This document shows, piece by piece, positions 8,035-17,746 of a DNA stretch of 64,000 bases. A program made the translations under genes and the position numbers. Source of the DNA: an uncultured Candidatus Saccharibacteria bacterium (GTDB lineage Bacteria; Patescibacteriota; Saccharimonadia; Saccharimonadales; UBA4665); NCBI GenBank assembly GCA_964439405.1, contig CAYTOC010000003.1, positions 20,480 to 84,479 on the forward strand. Direction: 5' to 3'. The number at the start of each line of letters is the position of its first letter. Position 1 is the first letter of the stretch. The notes below the pieces were generated by a model. It was not told the DNA's origin, did not search any database, and saw only the letters and a program-made list of their open reading frames with translations.

Positions 8035-10188
8035 CTATTTCCCGAGGTCGCGTGGATCTATGGCCATGGCTTTTTCGAGGTTCAGCGCAATAAGAGCCAA
8101 GTCACCTAGGTCGCCATCATATGCAATGTAATCTTTGCGCCAATCAGGCTCGAACTTATTCTTGAACTGTTCAAGGCCAGCGGCTGAGAATCGATTTGCT
8201 GCTACTGTTCGTGCGATTTTCGCGACCTTGCCCTCCATACGTGCGAGCGGTACGAATCCGATGTCAAAGAACTGGTACTTGGCCTCCTCTTCTAAGTAAT
8301 GGAGCAGGCAGTAGAGCAAATAAATGTTGGCATGTGGTGCATCTTCCGTAAAGCGGATAAGGTCAATAGTTGTCTGGTTAGGTGTGTTAAATAGCGGGAT
8401 TTCATTCACAAACGCTACCACCTCACTGCTTTCATTTTTAAGCAGGTGAATACGGCAGCGTTGTAAATATTCGGTATTAAAGTATCCAAGGGCAAAAGAT
8501 TCTTCCTGATGTCCGCCGCGCTGTAGCCACCCATCAGATACCTCGCGTAAACTTTGCATGAGTGCATACGCATGCGGCGGGCTTGCCACCTCATATTGGT
8601 AATTCATCTTTCGACCTTTGTTGTGTTGCCAGCGCCACCACTTATTGTGTGCCGTCTTTGAAACATACTGTTCTATGTTTACTAATGCGCTCGCGCCTAT
8701 GCGCATCGTACCAAGACCGGCCTTTTTGTACAGTGGGAGGGAAGCTTCGTCAACCAAAAGGAAACACGCTCGCCAGTCTCGTTCTTGGCAAAACGCTACA
8801 AATTGATCAAGCAATCGACGCCGGGCCGGGCCGTTCGCCGCAACCGGATCGGCCAGCGCAAAAGCAATTGGCCCTACCACTTTATAGGCGACAAAGCCGT
8901 CACCATGTTGAGGCCAAAAGTATTCTTTGTCTTCAGGCCAGAGCTTGAAGAAATCCTCTGTAGAATTTGATGCAGCCTCAAGTACTGCCTTGGCTTGCTC
9001 GATTTCTTGTATACTCGCCAGCCCTTTTGTGTCCGGTGTGGGCCGGAACATTGCCCAGAACATAAAAAGCACAGCAGCAATTATGAGCAACGTTATCATG
9101 TGTGGGTGAGCAGTAGTATGGGAGTACACGCTAGTGTAGGACAGCAGATAGGCGATGATGGCCATCGCAACAATGACAGCGCTGGCTATAATTACTACAT
9201 CGTAGGTTTTGGATCGCCATGTTTGATGAACCACACCACGATTGAAAAAATCCTTAGAAACAAGGGTTGAGATGAGGGTAAGCATATAAAATCCGAGCAA
9301 AAGCGGCTGCGGCAACAAAACGGAATACTTAATGACCTCCAGACCTAAAAGTACTACGAGCAGCTGCCAAGCACGCCTCTCGCCCCGCATGAGTTGACGA
9401 CCAAGGTAGAGGAAAATAACACCGACGATCATGCTATGGCTAGCGAAGAGCATGGCCTGACTTTCTGTGAATAAGCCTTCAAAAAGCTCAAAGTGCAAGC
9501 TGCCGATTAAGATTGTCGCCAGCCCTTGTAAACTTACCCAGAGCGCTAGAGTAGTATTTACCCAGCTCTGACGCAGCTTGTAGGTTCGATAATTACCCTG
9601 AAGCTCACCCGCTACAAACCAAGCTATCCATATCACCGCACAGCCTTGATAGAAAAATTGCAGCAGTGTTGTGAGGTCATGTGCGTTTGCCCAGCTACTG
9701 ATTAGCAGTAAACCAACAGTCGCTTGCGTTATTAAGAATACTTGTGAAGGAATGCGCTTATTCTTCCATGCGTCCCAAGCGGTTAGTGCAAATAATGCTG
9801 CGGCAACTATTGCAGTTTCGAGCCCGTGAATGATCACCTGGCCGCTAGCGGTCTGCTGGCAAACACCATCAACGATCTGGCACGTTGTAGGTACGATAAG
9901 ATCAGCTAACGCACCAAAGCCTATAATGCTCAGCAGCAGTATTGGCAGGGTGACCTTCTTGCTCTTTACGTACAATCGAACAATAACTAATAGCAGCAGT
10001 ATGGCCGCGATGAATTCGCAGGCCCTAAAGAGCCAGGCGTAGGGCATACCAGGAATAAGAAACTGGCTAATGGAAGTTGCTTGGCTCGATACAATATCAT
10101 TTACAGCTGGCGCAAACAGCCAGCTTGTTGCCAGCAGAATATACGCTACTTGCCACAGATTAACCCAGTTCCGCTTCAGAAACTCCAT
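8035..10188 (-). CDS. mprF: MprF-like protein: polytopic membrane domain + C-terminal aminoacyl-phosphatidylglycerol synthase (DUF2156) domain
   Basis: About 12 TM segments, then DGFVAYKVVGPIAFALADPV...HNKWWRWQHNKGRK...DLIRF, resembling the LysPG-synthase domain. Start set to ATG 10188, 6 nt after TACAAT; the listed start is 10203. Confidence 0.75.
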   Translation of the reverse strand: MEFLKRNWVNLWQVAYILLATSWLFAPAVNDIVSSQATSISQFLIPGMPYAWLFRACEFIAAILLLLVIVRLYVKSKKVTLPILLLSIIGFGALADLIVPTTCQIVDGVCQQTASGQVIIHGLETAIVAAALFALTAWDAWKNKRIPSQVFLITQATVGLLLISSWANAHDLTTLLQFFYQGCAVIWIAWFVAGELQGNYRTYKLRQSWVNTTLALWVSLQGLATILIGSLHFELFEGLFTESQAMLFASHSMIVGVIFLYLGRQLMRGERRAWQLLVVLLGLEVIKYSVLLPQPLLLGFYMLTLISTLVSKDFFNRGVVHQTWRSKTYDVVIIASAVIVAMAIIAYLLSYTSVYSHTTAHPHMITLLIIAAVLFMFWAMFRPTPDTKGLASIQEIEQAKAVLEAASNSTEDFFKLWPEDKEYFWPQHGDGFVAYKVVGPIAFALADPVAANGPARRRLLDQFVAFCQERDWRACFLLVDEASLPLYKKAGLGTMRIGASALVNIEQYVSKTAHNKWWRWQHNKGRKMNYQYEVASPPHAYALMQSLREVSDGWLQRGGHQEESFALGYFNTEYLQRCRIHLLKNESSEVVAFVNEIPLFNTPNQTTIDLIRFTEDAPHANIYLLYCLLHYLEEEAKYQFFDIGFVPLARMEGKVAKIARTVAANRFSAAGLEQFKNKFEPDWRKDYIAYDGDLGDLALIALNLEKAMAIDPRDLGK

Positions 10189-10364
10189 AGGCTCATTGTA
10201 CACCGGCTCTCAGCTGTGGCAGGATGCTCTCGTTAAGAAACGAGGTAGGTATGTTCATAAAATTAAAGCCTGATGCGCAACAAGTAGAAAGAACAGCTGG
10301 CCGTATCAACTAGCAGCTAGGGCTACTTTGCATAGATTTTATGGTCGTCCTTACTCCTTACTCC

Positions 10365-10928
10365 TTATTGCTTGTTAGCGTGGCGGAAACCGAGGAACGA
10401 AAGGACGATGAACACAGCTGCTAGAATCGCAGCAGCGTAAGCGGCGATTTTTGCGACGACAGCAATGGTATCAAACGCGTAGGCGGTCAAAAGTGTACCG
10501 CGGAGTGTTTCGCCGCGGAAAATAGTTTCAACTTTGGCTGCAGCTTCAGCGTCATCTGGGTTAGCACGAGATTCGGTACTGAGCTCACTGTAGGTCTTCC
10601 CGCCGCCGATATTCTGAATGTGTGCCGCAATGTAATTATTAGCAAAGACAGCAGCTTGTGCTCCGGTAGTGACCTGTTGGCCGGCGTAAGGTTTAACAGC
10701 AGCTTGATCTTCTTCGCTCAGTGCTTTGAACGCCGGGCTATTCTCTTCGGGCAGGAAAATACGCTGCGGCGTTAGCTGATTACTAACTTGGCTGTGAATG
10801 AAGCTTGACGTCCAAATAAGCGCAAGAGAGGCAAACAACAGCCCAGCCGCAATAAGTAAACCAGCAAATGATATAACGCGATCTGCTGCAGCGCGGTTGA
10901 TTTTGAGAGATTGTGATTTTTTAACCAT
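10365..10928 (-). CDS. membrane-anchored protein with TM segments at both ends, unknown function
   Basis: The ORF listed to 11105 has an implausible N-terminus. ATG 10928 lies 6 nt after TATACT and precedes the first TM segment. Confidence 0.6.
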   Translation of the reverse strand: MVKKSQSLKINRAAADRVISFAGLLIAAGLLFASLALIWTSSFIHSQVSNQLTPQRIFLPEENSPAFKALSEEDQAAVKPYAGQQVTTGAQAAVFANNYIAAHIQNIGGGKTYSELSTESRANPDDAEAAAKVETIFRGETLRGTLLTAYAFDTIAVVAKIAAYAAAILAAVFIVLSFLGFRHANKQ

Positions 10929-10954
10929 AAGCATAGTATAGAGTATCCTCATAA

Positions 10955-11143
10955 TTTTGTCTTGGGTTTGAGATTGGTAAAGCTGAGGAGTGGGGCAAGC
11001 CGGTATTGGCGCTCTATCGCCCGCAGGATGGTAAAAAACTCTCAGCCATGATTGATGGCTCGCCGCAAATCGAAACGATATACTACACATCTTCTGAAGA
11101 AGCACAGCTCGCCATCGATGGCTTTATCGCTCGTCTCATTTAA
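10955..11143 (+). pseudogene. possible C-terminal remnant of a nucleoside-2-deoxyribosyltransferase-like protein
   Basis: 62-codon stop-to-stop frame reading LGFEIGKAEEWGKPVLALYRPQDGKKLSAMIDGSPQIETIYY... By eye it aligns with the C-terminus of the 52896-53309 product (LEMFKAFELGKKLYLYNPIPDGMLTDEIIGFSP). The only ATG is at 11048. Confidence 0.3.
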
Positions 11144-11221
11144 TCGCAGCTAGGTGTTCGCACATAAATATGTTAGAATAACAGATAAGAATTGCTAACT
11201 TTCAGCGGATAGGAGCATAGT

Positions 11222-11953
11222 ATGTCTGGTCACTCAAAATGGTCAACGATTAAGCGCGAAAAAGGTGCAAAGGACGCAGCACGCGGTGCGGTGTTTACAA
11301 AACTTGGCAACGCAATTGCACTGGCGGCGCGCGCAGGCGCTGACCCAAGCATGAACTTTACCTTGCGCTTGGCGATTGAAAAGGCCAAGGCTGCCAATAT
11401 GCCGAATGCTAACATTCAGCGATCGATTGACCGCGGTTCGGGTAAACTCGGCGGCGCGCAAATCCAGGAAGTACTCTATGAAGGCTATGGCCCGGGCGGC
11501 GTAGCAGTACTGGTAGAAACGGCAACAGACAACACAAACCGTACATATCCAGAAGTTAAGCTAGCGTTTAGTAAACATGGCGGCTCAATTGCAGAAAAGG
11601 GTTCGGTGGCATTCCAGTTTGACCACAAGGGTGAGATTCGCGTGAGCGAGAAGCTAACTGATGATTTTATGCTGCAAGCGCTTGATGCCGGCGCGGAGGA
11701 CGTGGCAGATGAGGACGGTGAAACGGTCATCTATACTGCGTTTGCGGATCTTGCGAAGGTGCGCGATGCACTGAAAGAACAAGGCGTGGATATCAAAGAA
11801 GCAGAACCTACCTATGTACCCAAAAATACCGTAGAAATCACTGATGAAGCTACTGCTGGCAAAATCATGCGCATGATGGACGCGCTAGAAGCGTCTGATG
11901 ATGTTGTCAATACTCACGTTAATTTCGATATCGACGGTTCGCTATTAAGCTAG
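11222..11953 (+). CDS. yebC: YebC/PmpR-family DNA-binding regulator
   Basis: MSGHSKWSTIKREKGAKDAARG... is the canonical N-terminus. AGGAG Shine-Dalgarno (SD) present. Confidence 0.95.
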   Translation: MSGHSKWSTIKREKGAKDAARGAVFTKLGNAIALAARAGADPSMNFTLRLAIEKAKAANMPNANIQRSIDRGSGKLGGAQIQEVLYEGYGPGGVAVLVETATDNTNRTYPEVKLAFSKHGGSIAEKGSVAFQFDHKGEIRVSEKLTDDFMLQALDAGAEDVADEDGETVIYTAFADLAKVRDALKEQGVDIKEAEPTYVPKNTVEITDEATAGKIMRMMDALEASDDVVNTHVNFDIDGSLLS

Positions 11954-11964
11954 AAAGAATACGT

Positions 11965-12441
11965 ATGTTTAAGGAAAACATTTTTCAACTGCCAAACGAG
12001 TTTGTTGTTGAACCGAGGCATGAGTACCAGCGTAGAGCAATTATCTCAGCGGGCGAAATCGGTAGATTGACCATTGCTGGTTACGTTGAAGCGTTACTGA
12101 GTGCCCCGAGCAATCATGGTTTTGGTGACCCGCTTATATTAGTTGACGGTGAGTATGGCAGCGAACCCCATGAGGTGGACAACGGACTGTTACTGACATT
12201 CTACGGGGCTATGTATCAGCGCCAAGGAAGAGATTATACACAAGGATTCTCCCTAAGAACAGGGCAATGGGAACACATGGTGCATGTGCCAGCTGATGGC
12301 TCAAGGCGACCGTGGGTGTATTACGGGAATGCCGTATGGCCACCTGATGCGGACGCGGTACTATTTGATCAACCGATTGCGTATGACCAAGATGCATTTG
12401 AATTAGCCGTTAAGAGCCACAATGAGAATCTTAGGGATTGA
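11965..12441 (+). CDS. hypothetical protein
   Basis: 158-codon ORF between yebC and ruvC, overlapping the ruvC start by 20 nt. Confidence 0.5.
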   Translation: MFKENIFQLPNEFVVEPRHEYQRRAIISAGEIGRLTIAGYVEALLSAPSNHGFGDPLILVDGEYGSEPHEVDNGLLLTFYGAMYQRQGRDYTQGFSLRTGQWEHMVHVPADGSRRPWVYYGNAVWPPDADAVLFDQPIAYDQDAFELAVKSHNENLRD

Positions 12442-12898
12442 CCCAGGTACAGGGATTTTGGGGTTTGGGGTTATTGAGGTTGTCCGTGGGAAGGCAGTCT
12501 TGATTGATGCGGGTGTGGTGCGGACGCCAGCACATACGCCCCTGGATGAGCGGCTAGTGGATATTTATGACTCGCTGACGCAGATTATCAAAGAGACAAA
12601 ACCTGACCACATGTCGATAGAGAAGCTCTTTTTTGCACAAAATGTCACGACAGCAATAAGCGTGAGCCACGCGCGAGGTGTGGCGATGCTAGCCGGCAAG
12701 CAAGGCGGGCTGGAGATTTATGAATATACGCCGCTGCAAATTAAGCAGGCACTAACCGGTTACGGAAAAGCAACAAAATCGCAAGTACAAGAGATGGTAC
12801 GCGTGATCTTAAATCTTAAAGAAGTTCCCAAACCAGATGATTGTGCGGATGCTATCGCCACCGCGCTGATGCATGCGCAAACACTGCGTGTGCAGTGA
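12422..12898 (+). CDS. ruvC: Holliday junction resolvase RuvC
   Basis: MRILGIDPGTG... with the length and motifs of RuvC. Confidence 0.93.
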   Translation: MRILGIDPGTGILGFGVIEVVRGKAVLIDAGVVRTPAHTPLDERLVDIYDSLTQIIKETKPDHMSIEKLFFAQNVTTAISVSHARGVAMLAGKQGGLEIYEYTPLQIKQALTGYGKATKSQVQEMVRVILNLKEVPKPDDCADAIATALMHAQTLRVQ

Positions 12899-12919
12899 GT
12901 AGGCTAATACCCGAGAACG

Positions 12920-13417
12920 CTATCTATTTTCAAGTGACTTTGTAAGTAAGATATCTTGTACTTGCTTTGCGCATTCGACTGATATGCCCGGCAGTACACC
13001 TTCAGCGGTGCTCTTACTGGCGCCTGCAGTTGTATTGCCTATGGCGGCGCTGCTACCAGCTGTTTCAATTTCTATATGCGCTAAGCCCAGCCAGCGATCA
13101 ATAATACTGCGTTTAATGTTGACGTTCTGAATCTGTTGGAAGGGTATGCCGACGTGATATTTATGAAACACGCCGTATTCTTTTTCAAATCCATTATTAT
13201 CTATCCAGAACACAAAGTTTTGGTACACCAAGAGCGCCACTAGGTATGTTATGAGCAGATATGCTACCAAAATTGTTCCTGCGTAGAGTGGCTCAAGAAA
13301 CAGTCCTACGATTAACATGGGCAAAATAATGATTGTTTTACCTATATAGTTCAGAAAAAACAGCAGCTGTGCGTTTGGGGCAAGGTGCTGCTGAGGGAGT
13401 TCTTGTGGCTTTTCCAT
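12920..13417 (-). CDS. bacterial PH-domain (bPH_2/YdbS-like) membrane protein
   Basis: Two TM segments, then GVFHKYHVGIPFQQIQNVNIKRSIIDRWLGLAHIEIETAG. Start set to ATG 13417, 7 nt after TACAAT. Confidence 0.75.
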   Translation of the reverse strand: MEKPQELPQQHLAPNAQLLFFLNYIGKTIIILPMLIVGLFLEPLYAGTILVAYLLITYLVALLVYQNFVFWIDNNGFEKEYGVFHKYHVGIPFQQIQNVNIKRSIIDRWLGLAHIEIETAGSSAAIGNTTAGASKSTAEGVLPGISVECAKQVQDILLTKSLENR

Positions 13418-13472
13418 GGACATCATTGTACTGATTATGTGCAGCGAAAGGAAGTAGCGTACAATAGAGAGG

Positions 13473-14054
13473 ATGATAGCAACACTTTCTGGAGTAGTAA
13501 GCGAGAAGCTGGCGGATGTGTTAGTGCTAGACGTCAGCGGTGTGGGCTACGGCCTACTCATGACGGCGGATGACTACAGCCGCTTGCAAACAGGCGAGCA
13601 GGCAAAAGTTTATGTGCATGAGCATATTCGCGAGCAGTCACATGATTTGTTTGGCTTTACGAGTTTGGGCAGCAGAGGGTTATTTGAGCAGTTACTAGGC
13701 GTAAAGAATGTTGGACCGAAAGTAGCGCTGGCGGTATTGGATATTGGCCAAGCCAACGATGTGCGTGCGGCAATTGCCAGTGGTGACGTCAAGCGTTTGC
13801 AGAGCGCCAAGGGCGTCGGCAAACGCGCTGCCGAGCAAATTGTTGTAGAGCTGCGCGACAAAGTGGGCTTAGTTGCTACCGACTCTGCCGAGAGCGTGGT
13901 GACGCGCGGCGGCGTTGGCGCACAAGACGAAGCTACGCAAGCTCTCATCGCCCTCGGCTATTCCGACGCTGACGCTGCACTAGCACTACAAAACATCGAC
14001 CCATTACTTCCAACAGAAGATCGTATCAGACAAGCTCTGAAAGGTAATAAGTGA
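13473..14054 (+). CDS. ruvA: Holliday junction helicase subunit RuvA
   Basis: MIATLSGVV... with HhH motifs ([26 protein letters not shown]). Confidence 0.93.
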   Translation: MIATLSGVVSEKLADVLVLDVSGVGYGLLMTADDYSRLQTGEQAKVYVHEHIREQSHDLFGFTSLGSRGLFEQLLGVKNVGPKVALAVLDIGQANDVRAAIASGDVKRLQSAKGVGKRAAEQIVVELRDKVGLVATDSAESVVTRGGVGAQDEATQALIALGYSDADAALALQNIDPLLPTEDRIRQALKGNK

Positions 14055-15085
14055 TGATTGATCGGATAGTGACGGCGAGCGTTGATGAGGGAGATGAACA
14101 AGAGCAGCAGCTTGAGAATTCGCTGCGGCCGCGAGATTTTGCGAGCTACATTGGGCAGGAACGATTAAAAAAGAACTTACAACTGGCGATTGACGCGGCG
14201 AAGAAGCGCGGCGAACCACTCGACCATATTCTGCTGTATGGCCCGCCAGGCCTTGGCAAAACTACTATGGCCAGCGTGATTGCTAATGAGATGGGTGCGC
14301 AGATTCGCGTTACGAGCGGTCCGGCTATTGAGCGTGCAGGAGATTTGGCGAGTCTGCTTACCAATCTGCAGGACGGTGACATCTTGTTTATTGACGAGAT
14401 TCATCGTTTGCATCGCTCGGTTGAGGAGGTGCTGTATAGCGCCATGGAAGATTACAAGATAGACATCATGCTTGGGAAAGGGCCGAGTGCGCGCTCGCTG
14501 CGACTGGATGTGCCAAAGTTCACGCTGATTGGCGCAACCACGCGCACCGGTAACTTGGCAGCACCGCTACGTGACCGCTTTGGTATGATGCACCGGCTGG
14601 AATTTTATACGCCTGATGAGATTGCACAGATTATCACGCGCACAGCCGCTATTTTAGAAAGTGAGATTAACCTAGAGTCAGCGCAGCTGCTATCGACGCG
14701 CGCACGCCTGACTCCGCGTATTGCTAACCGGCTTTTAAAGCGTGTCCGCGACTATGCAGATGTCAACGGTGATGGCATTATCGATACAGAAATTACACAC
14801 TCAGCGTTGCAGCTGCTTGAGATTGATGAATTGGGCTTAGACCCGGCGGACCGCCACTTGTTGGAGCGCATCATTGAAAACTATGGCACGAACCCCGTTG
14901 GTCTGAACACGCTTGCCGCGCTAACAGGCGATGAAGAGACAACCATTGAAGACTTCTATGAGCCCTATCTATTGCAAATCGGTCTGCTGGAGCGCACCCC
15001 TCGTGGCCGCAAAACAACACATAAAGCCTATAAACACCTAGGCAAAGACCCTGCTGGTGCCTCAGACCAGACAAAAATCGTGTAG
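14051..15085 (+). CDS. ruvB: Holliday junction helicase RuvB
   Basis: [21 protein letters not shown] and [12 protein letters not shown] overlap with ruvA. Confidence 0.97.
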   Translation: MMIDRIVTASVDEGDEQEQQLENSLRPRDFASYIGQERLKKNLQLAIDAAKKRGEPLDHILLYGPPGLGKTTMASVIANEMGAQIRVTSGPAIERAGDLASLLTNLQDGDILFIDEIHRLHRSVEEVLYSAMEDYKIDIMLGKGPSARSLRLDVPKFTLIGATTRTGNLAAPLRDRFGMMHRLEFYTPDEIAQIITRTAAILESEINLESAQLLSTRARLTPRIANRLLKRVRDYADVNGDGIIDTEITHSALQLLEIDELGLDPADRHLLERIIENYGTNPVGLNTLAALTGDEETTIEDFYEPYLLQIGLLERTPRGRKTTHKAYKHLGKDPAGASDQTKIV

Positions 15086-15086
15086 G

Positions 15087-15392
15087 TTATTCGGTAAACG
15101 GATTTTCGCGGGCTTCGTCGAATATGGCCTTAATATCTAGGTTTTGATCCTCAAGATTTGTCATTGTTTCGGCAACGTTCGGATCGATTTTAGGCCGGAC
15201 AGTTGTCTGTACTTGCTGGGTCACATCTGCTTCACGCGGTTCCTTCTGGCTCAGCGAGTTGCTGAGGAATAATATGTAGGCATAGAGTGCGCCAAAAATA
15301 ACAATGCCAGTAATGACGGCGTATCGACGTCCGGTCCGCAAGATTGGGCGTAGGCTTTCTGTTGAGAATTGGTCTTTGTTGGTTAGTTTCAT
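15087..15392 (-). CDS. small single-pass membrane protein, last gene of the pilus operon
   Basis: 101-codon ORF translationally coupled to the pilO-like gene. One TM segment. Confidence 0.5.
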   Translation of the reverse strand: MKLTNKDQFSTESLRPILRTGRRYAVITGIVIFGALYAYILFLSNSLSQKEPREADVTQQVQTTVRPKIDPNVAETMTNLEDQNLDIKAIFDEARENPFTE

Positions 15393-16009
15393 GGCTTTAT
15401 GTATACGTTTAGCTTAATGGTGAAGGTTACTAAATTACCGTTTGCCTCTGAGGGCCGGATATCAATGGTGGTTACATGGGCGGTGCGGCGATTATTCTCC
15501 AAGCCCTCAAGGAAAGCTAAGAGGCGACTGTAGGGAACGGGTTGTTGACTTGAAGTAATGGTTATTTCCATAGCGTATAACCCATTAGCGCCCTCAACAG
15601 CCATTAACTGCGATGTATCAGGATTGTTTGCCGGCTGATTCTTGCTGCTCTTTGTGGACTTTTTACGGACTTCACCAAGGGCAGACTCTGGGAAGTTTAT
15701 TGCAGTGAGTGCAACACCTGTTTCATCGGCAATATTTACAATTTCGCGTACAGTACGAGCCTGATCTTTATCCTGGGGTACGATTGACTGCGCAATTTCT
15801 GCAAGTGGCGCGTAGGTTTCAATATCTTTATGCGCTTGCTGCAGGGCAGCGGAACGGCTTGTAAGTACCTGTTGTGCGAGCTTTTGATCGACTAAATCAT
15901 CACCCTTTTGAGTCAAGAACTTGGCGCCGTAGTATGTCGCACCAGCGGTTAAGCCTATGAATAGAACAATGACGCCTATGAGGCAATAGAACATGCGCTT
16001 GCTGGTCAT
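15389..16009 (-). CDS. pilO: PilO-like type IV pilus assembly protein
   Basis: N-terminal TM plus coiled coil, positioned after pilN. Confidence 0.6.
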   Translation of the reverse strand: MTSKRMFYCLIGVIVLFIGLTAGATYYGAKFLTQKGDDLVDQKLAQQVLTSRSAALQQAHKDIETYAPLAEIAQSIVPQDKDQARTVREIVNIADETGVALTAINFPESALGEVRKKSTKSSKNQPANNPDTSQLMAVEGANGLYAMEITITSSQQPVPYSRLLAFLEGLENNRRTAHVTTIDIRPSEANGNLVTFTIKLNVYIKP

Positions 16010-16614
16010 TATTGATTACCTCTTTCAGGGCTAATGAGGAAGAAACTGGTGTTTTCCCCGAAGAGCGCGCGCAGACTAACAGTGCAGGGGTACGCCATAC
16101 CTGCTGCTTCATCACCTTCAGCGCATTGTATGTCATTCAAATCAGCCTTGGCAAAAATCTTATTCGAAGCATCCTGTAAGTTCACCTGTACTTGTGATGC
16201 CGCGGCATAATTTATCGCGCCAGCTTCAAGATCTAGTGCGCCGCTGAAATTATTACTCAGGCTCAGGCTTTGCAGAACGGTACCTCTGGGCATAATGCTA
16301 CCAACTTGACGGAGCAGTTCAGAAAACAGTATTTCTTGAGACAGCACATCAACACTGAGTTTGATGCTGTCGTTTATGCCGGTTACTTTAGCAATAGTTT
16401 CGGCTTCTTGCTCATTTTTAAGGTCTGCTTCCGAAATAGCGATAGAATCTTTATATATATCGGTCTGCTGCTGCAGGATGAAGAATGCACTCGCAAGAAC
16501 AACAATAACACCAACCAAACCAAAACTCAGGCCGGTCACAAGTCTTGAAAGTCCGGTGTTACGATGCGCATACACGTAAGTCTGTTTTGTATCTGGGGGC
16601 AGGAGATTAATCAC
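16009..16614 (-). CDS. pilN: PilN-like type IV pilus assembly protein
   Basis: MINLLPPD... N-terminus followed by a TM segment. Confidence 0.7.
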   Translation of the reverse strand: MINLLPPDTKQTYVYAHRNTGLSRLVTGLSFGLVGVIVVLASAFFILQQQTDIYKDSIAISEADLKNEQEAETIAKVTGINDSIKLSVDVLSQEILFSELLRQVGSIMPRGTVLQSLSLSNNFSGALDLEAGAINYAAASQVQVNLQDASNKIFAKADLNDIQCAEGDEAAGMAYPCTVSLRALFGENTSFFLISPERGNQ

Positions 16615-17687
16615 GCAAAAATCTCCTTTGATCGTACAAGCCCAAGCCCGGCGACGCTCATATAGATAGAGCGGTCGGCATATGCGGGCGGTTGCAGCTT
16701 GCCAAAATCAAGTACTTGCCATGGGTCAAACATACGAACTGGCAAGCGAAGGTTCTCTGTTAGGTAGTCAGCAAGGCCCGGCATATTAGCGCCGCCGCCC
16801 ATGGTAATGACTTGCCCGATTTTTGCGGTCATGTCTGCGCGCTCTTCATAGTAGCGAATCATACGGCGGATTTCGCGCGTTGTTTGTTGTAAGAGCGGTT
16901 CAATAGCGCCGCGAATCTGAGCTTGCTTCTTACTCAGGCCCAAACCATATTTTGTCTTAATTGTGTTTGCTTCAGCATGGGTTACTTTTAAAGATTCCAT
17001 AATACGCTCGGTAAACAGGTCACCACCTGATTGTACTGTGCCGTTGACGCTGATATTTTTGTTAAAAATAGCAATGTCAGCAGAGCGCCCACCGAAATCA
17101 ATGAGCACGCTTGGTATAGAACTATGTTCATCAAGCGTCATTAGCCTCGCATCTGAGCTCATACTTGGCTCAATAAAAAGCGGTTCCAGACCAAGCAAAT
17201 GTGCCAGCTTGACGTATGAGTTGATAATTTTTTGCGGAGCAGCAGCAGTGTACACATTGATATCATTTGGCGTCTTGGAAGTAATATCTGAGTCCAAATA
17301 CAATTCATCAAGTGATCTCGGTATATATTGTTCAGCTTCCGAGAGGACGGCTTCTTGTAGCTCCTTACCGCTGAGGTTCGGCAATACTAATTCACGAGCA
17401 TAAGTACGCCGTGCTGGTATGCATAGTGCGACTCTATTTGTCGATATTGTGCCGATCAGGTGGTTTTCGAATAAGTTCAGCGTTGCTTTTGCAACTGTCT
17501 CGAGATCTACGATTTCGCCTTCCTTTACGGCTTTGCTATCAAATGATATCTTGCCATAACCGCTCACAGAAGGGCGTTTTTTATTATCATACGCAATCTG
17601 CATCACTTTAACTGAGCCAGTGCCTACGTCGAGTCCAAATAGAGGTTTGTCTTTAATAAATAGTGGTGGTGCGGTGCTGCCCATCAA
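16611..17687 (-). CDS. pilM: PilM, actin-like type IV pilus assembly ATPase
   Basis: FGLDVGTGSVKVMQ and IDFGGRSADIAIF are actin-fold motifs. Confidence 0.85.
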   Translation of the reverse strand: MMGSTAPPLFIKDKPLFGLDVGTGSVKVMQIAYDNKKRPSVSGYGKISFDSKAVKEGEIVDLETVAKATLNLFENHLIGTISTNRVALCIPARRTYARELVLPNLSGKELQEAVLSEAEQYIPRSLDELYLDSDITSKTPNDINVYTAAAPQKIINSYVKLAHLLGLEPLFIEPSMSSDARLMTLDEHSSIPSVLIDFGGRSADIAIFNKNISVNGTVQSGGDLFTERIMESLKVTHAEANTIKTKYGLGLSKKQAQIRGAIEPLLQQTTREIRRMIRYYEERADMTAKIGQVITMGGGANMPGLADYLTENLRLPVRMFDPWQVLDFGKLQPPAYADRSIYMSVAGLGLVRSKEIFA

Positions 17688-17746
17688 GCATATTCCTTCA
17701 GGGTCTAGTATAGCAGAAAGCGTAAGTATTTTATGCGCATCTCAGC

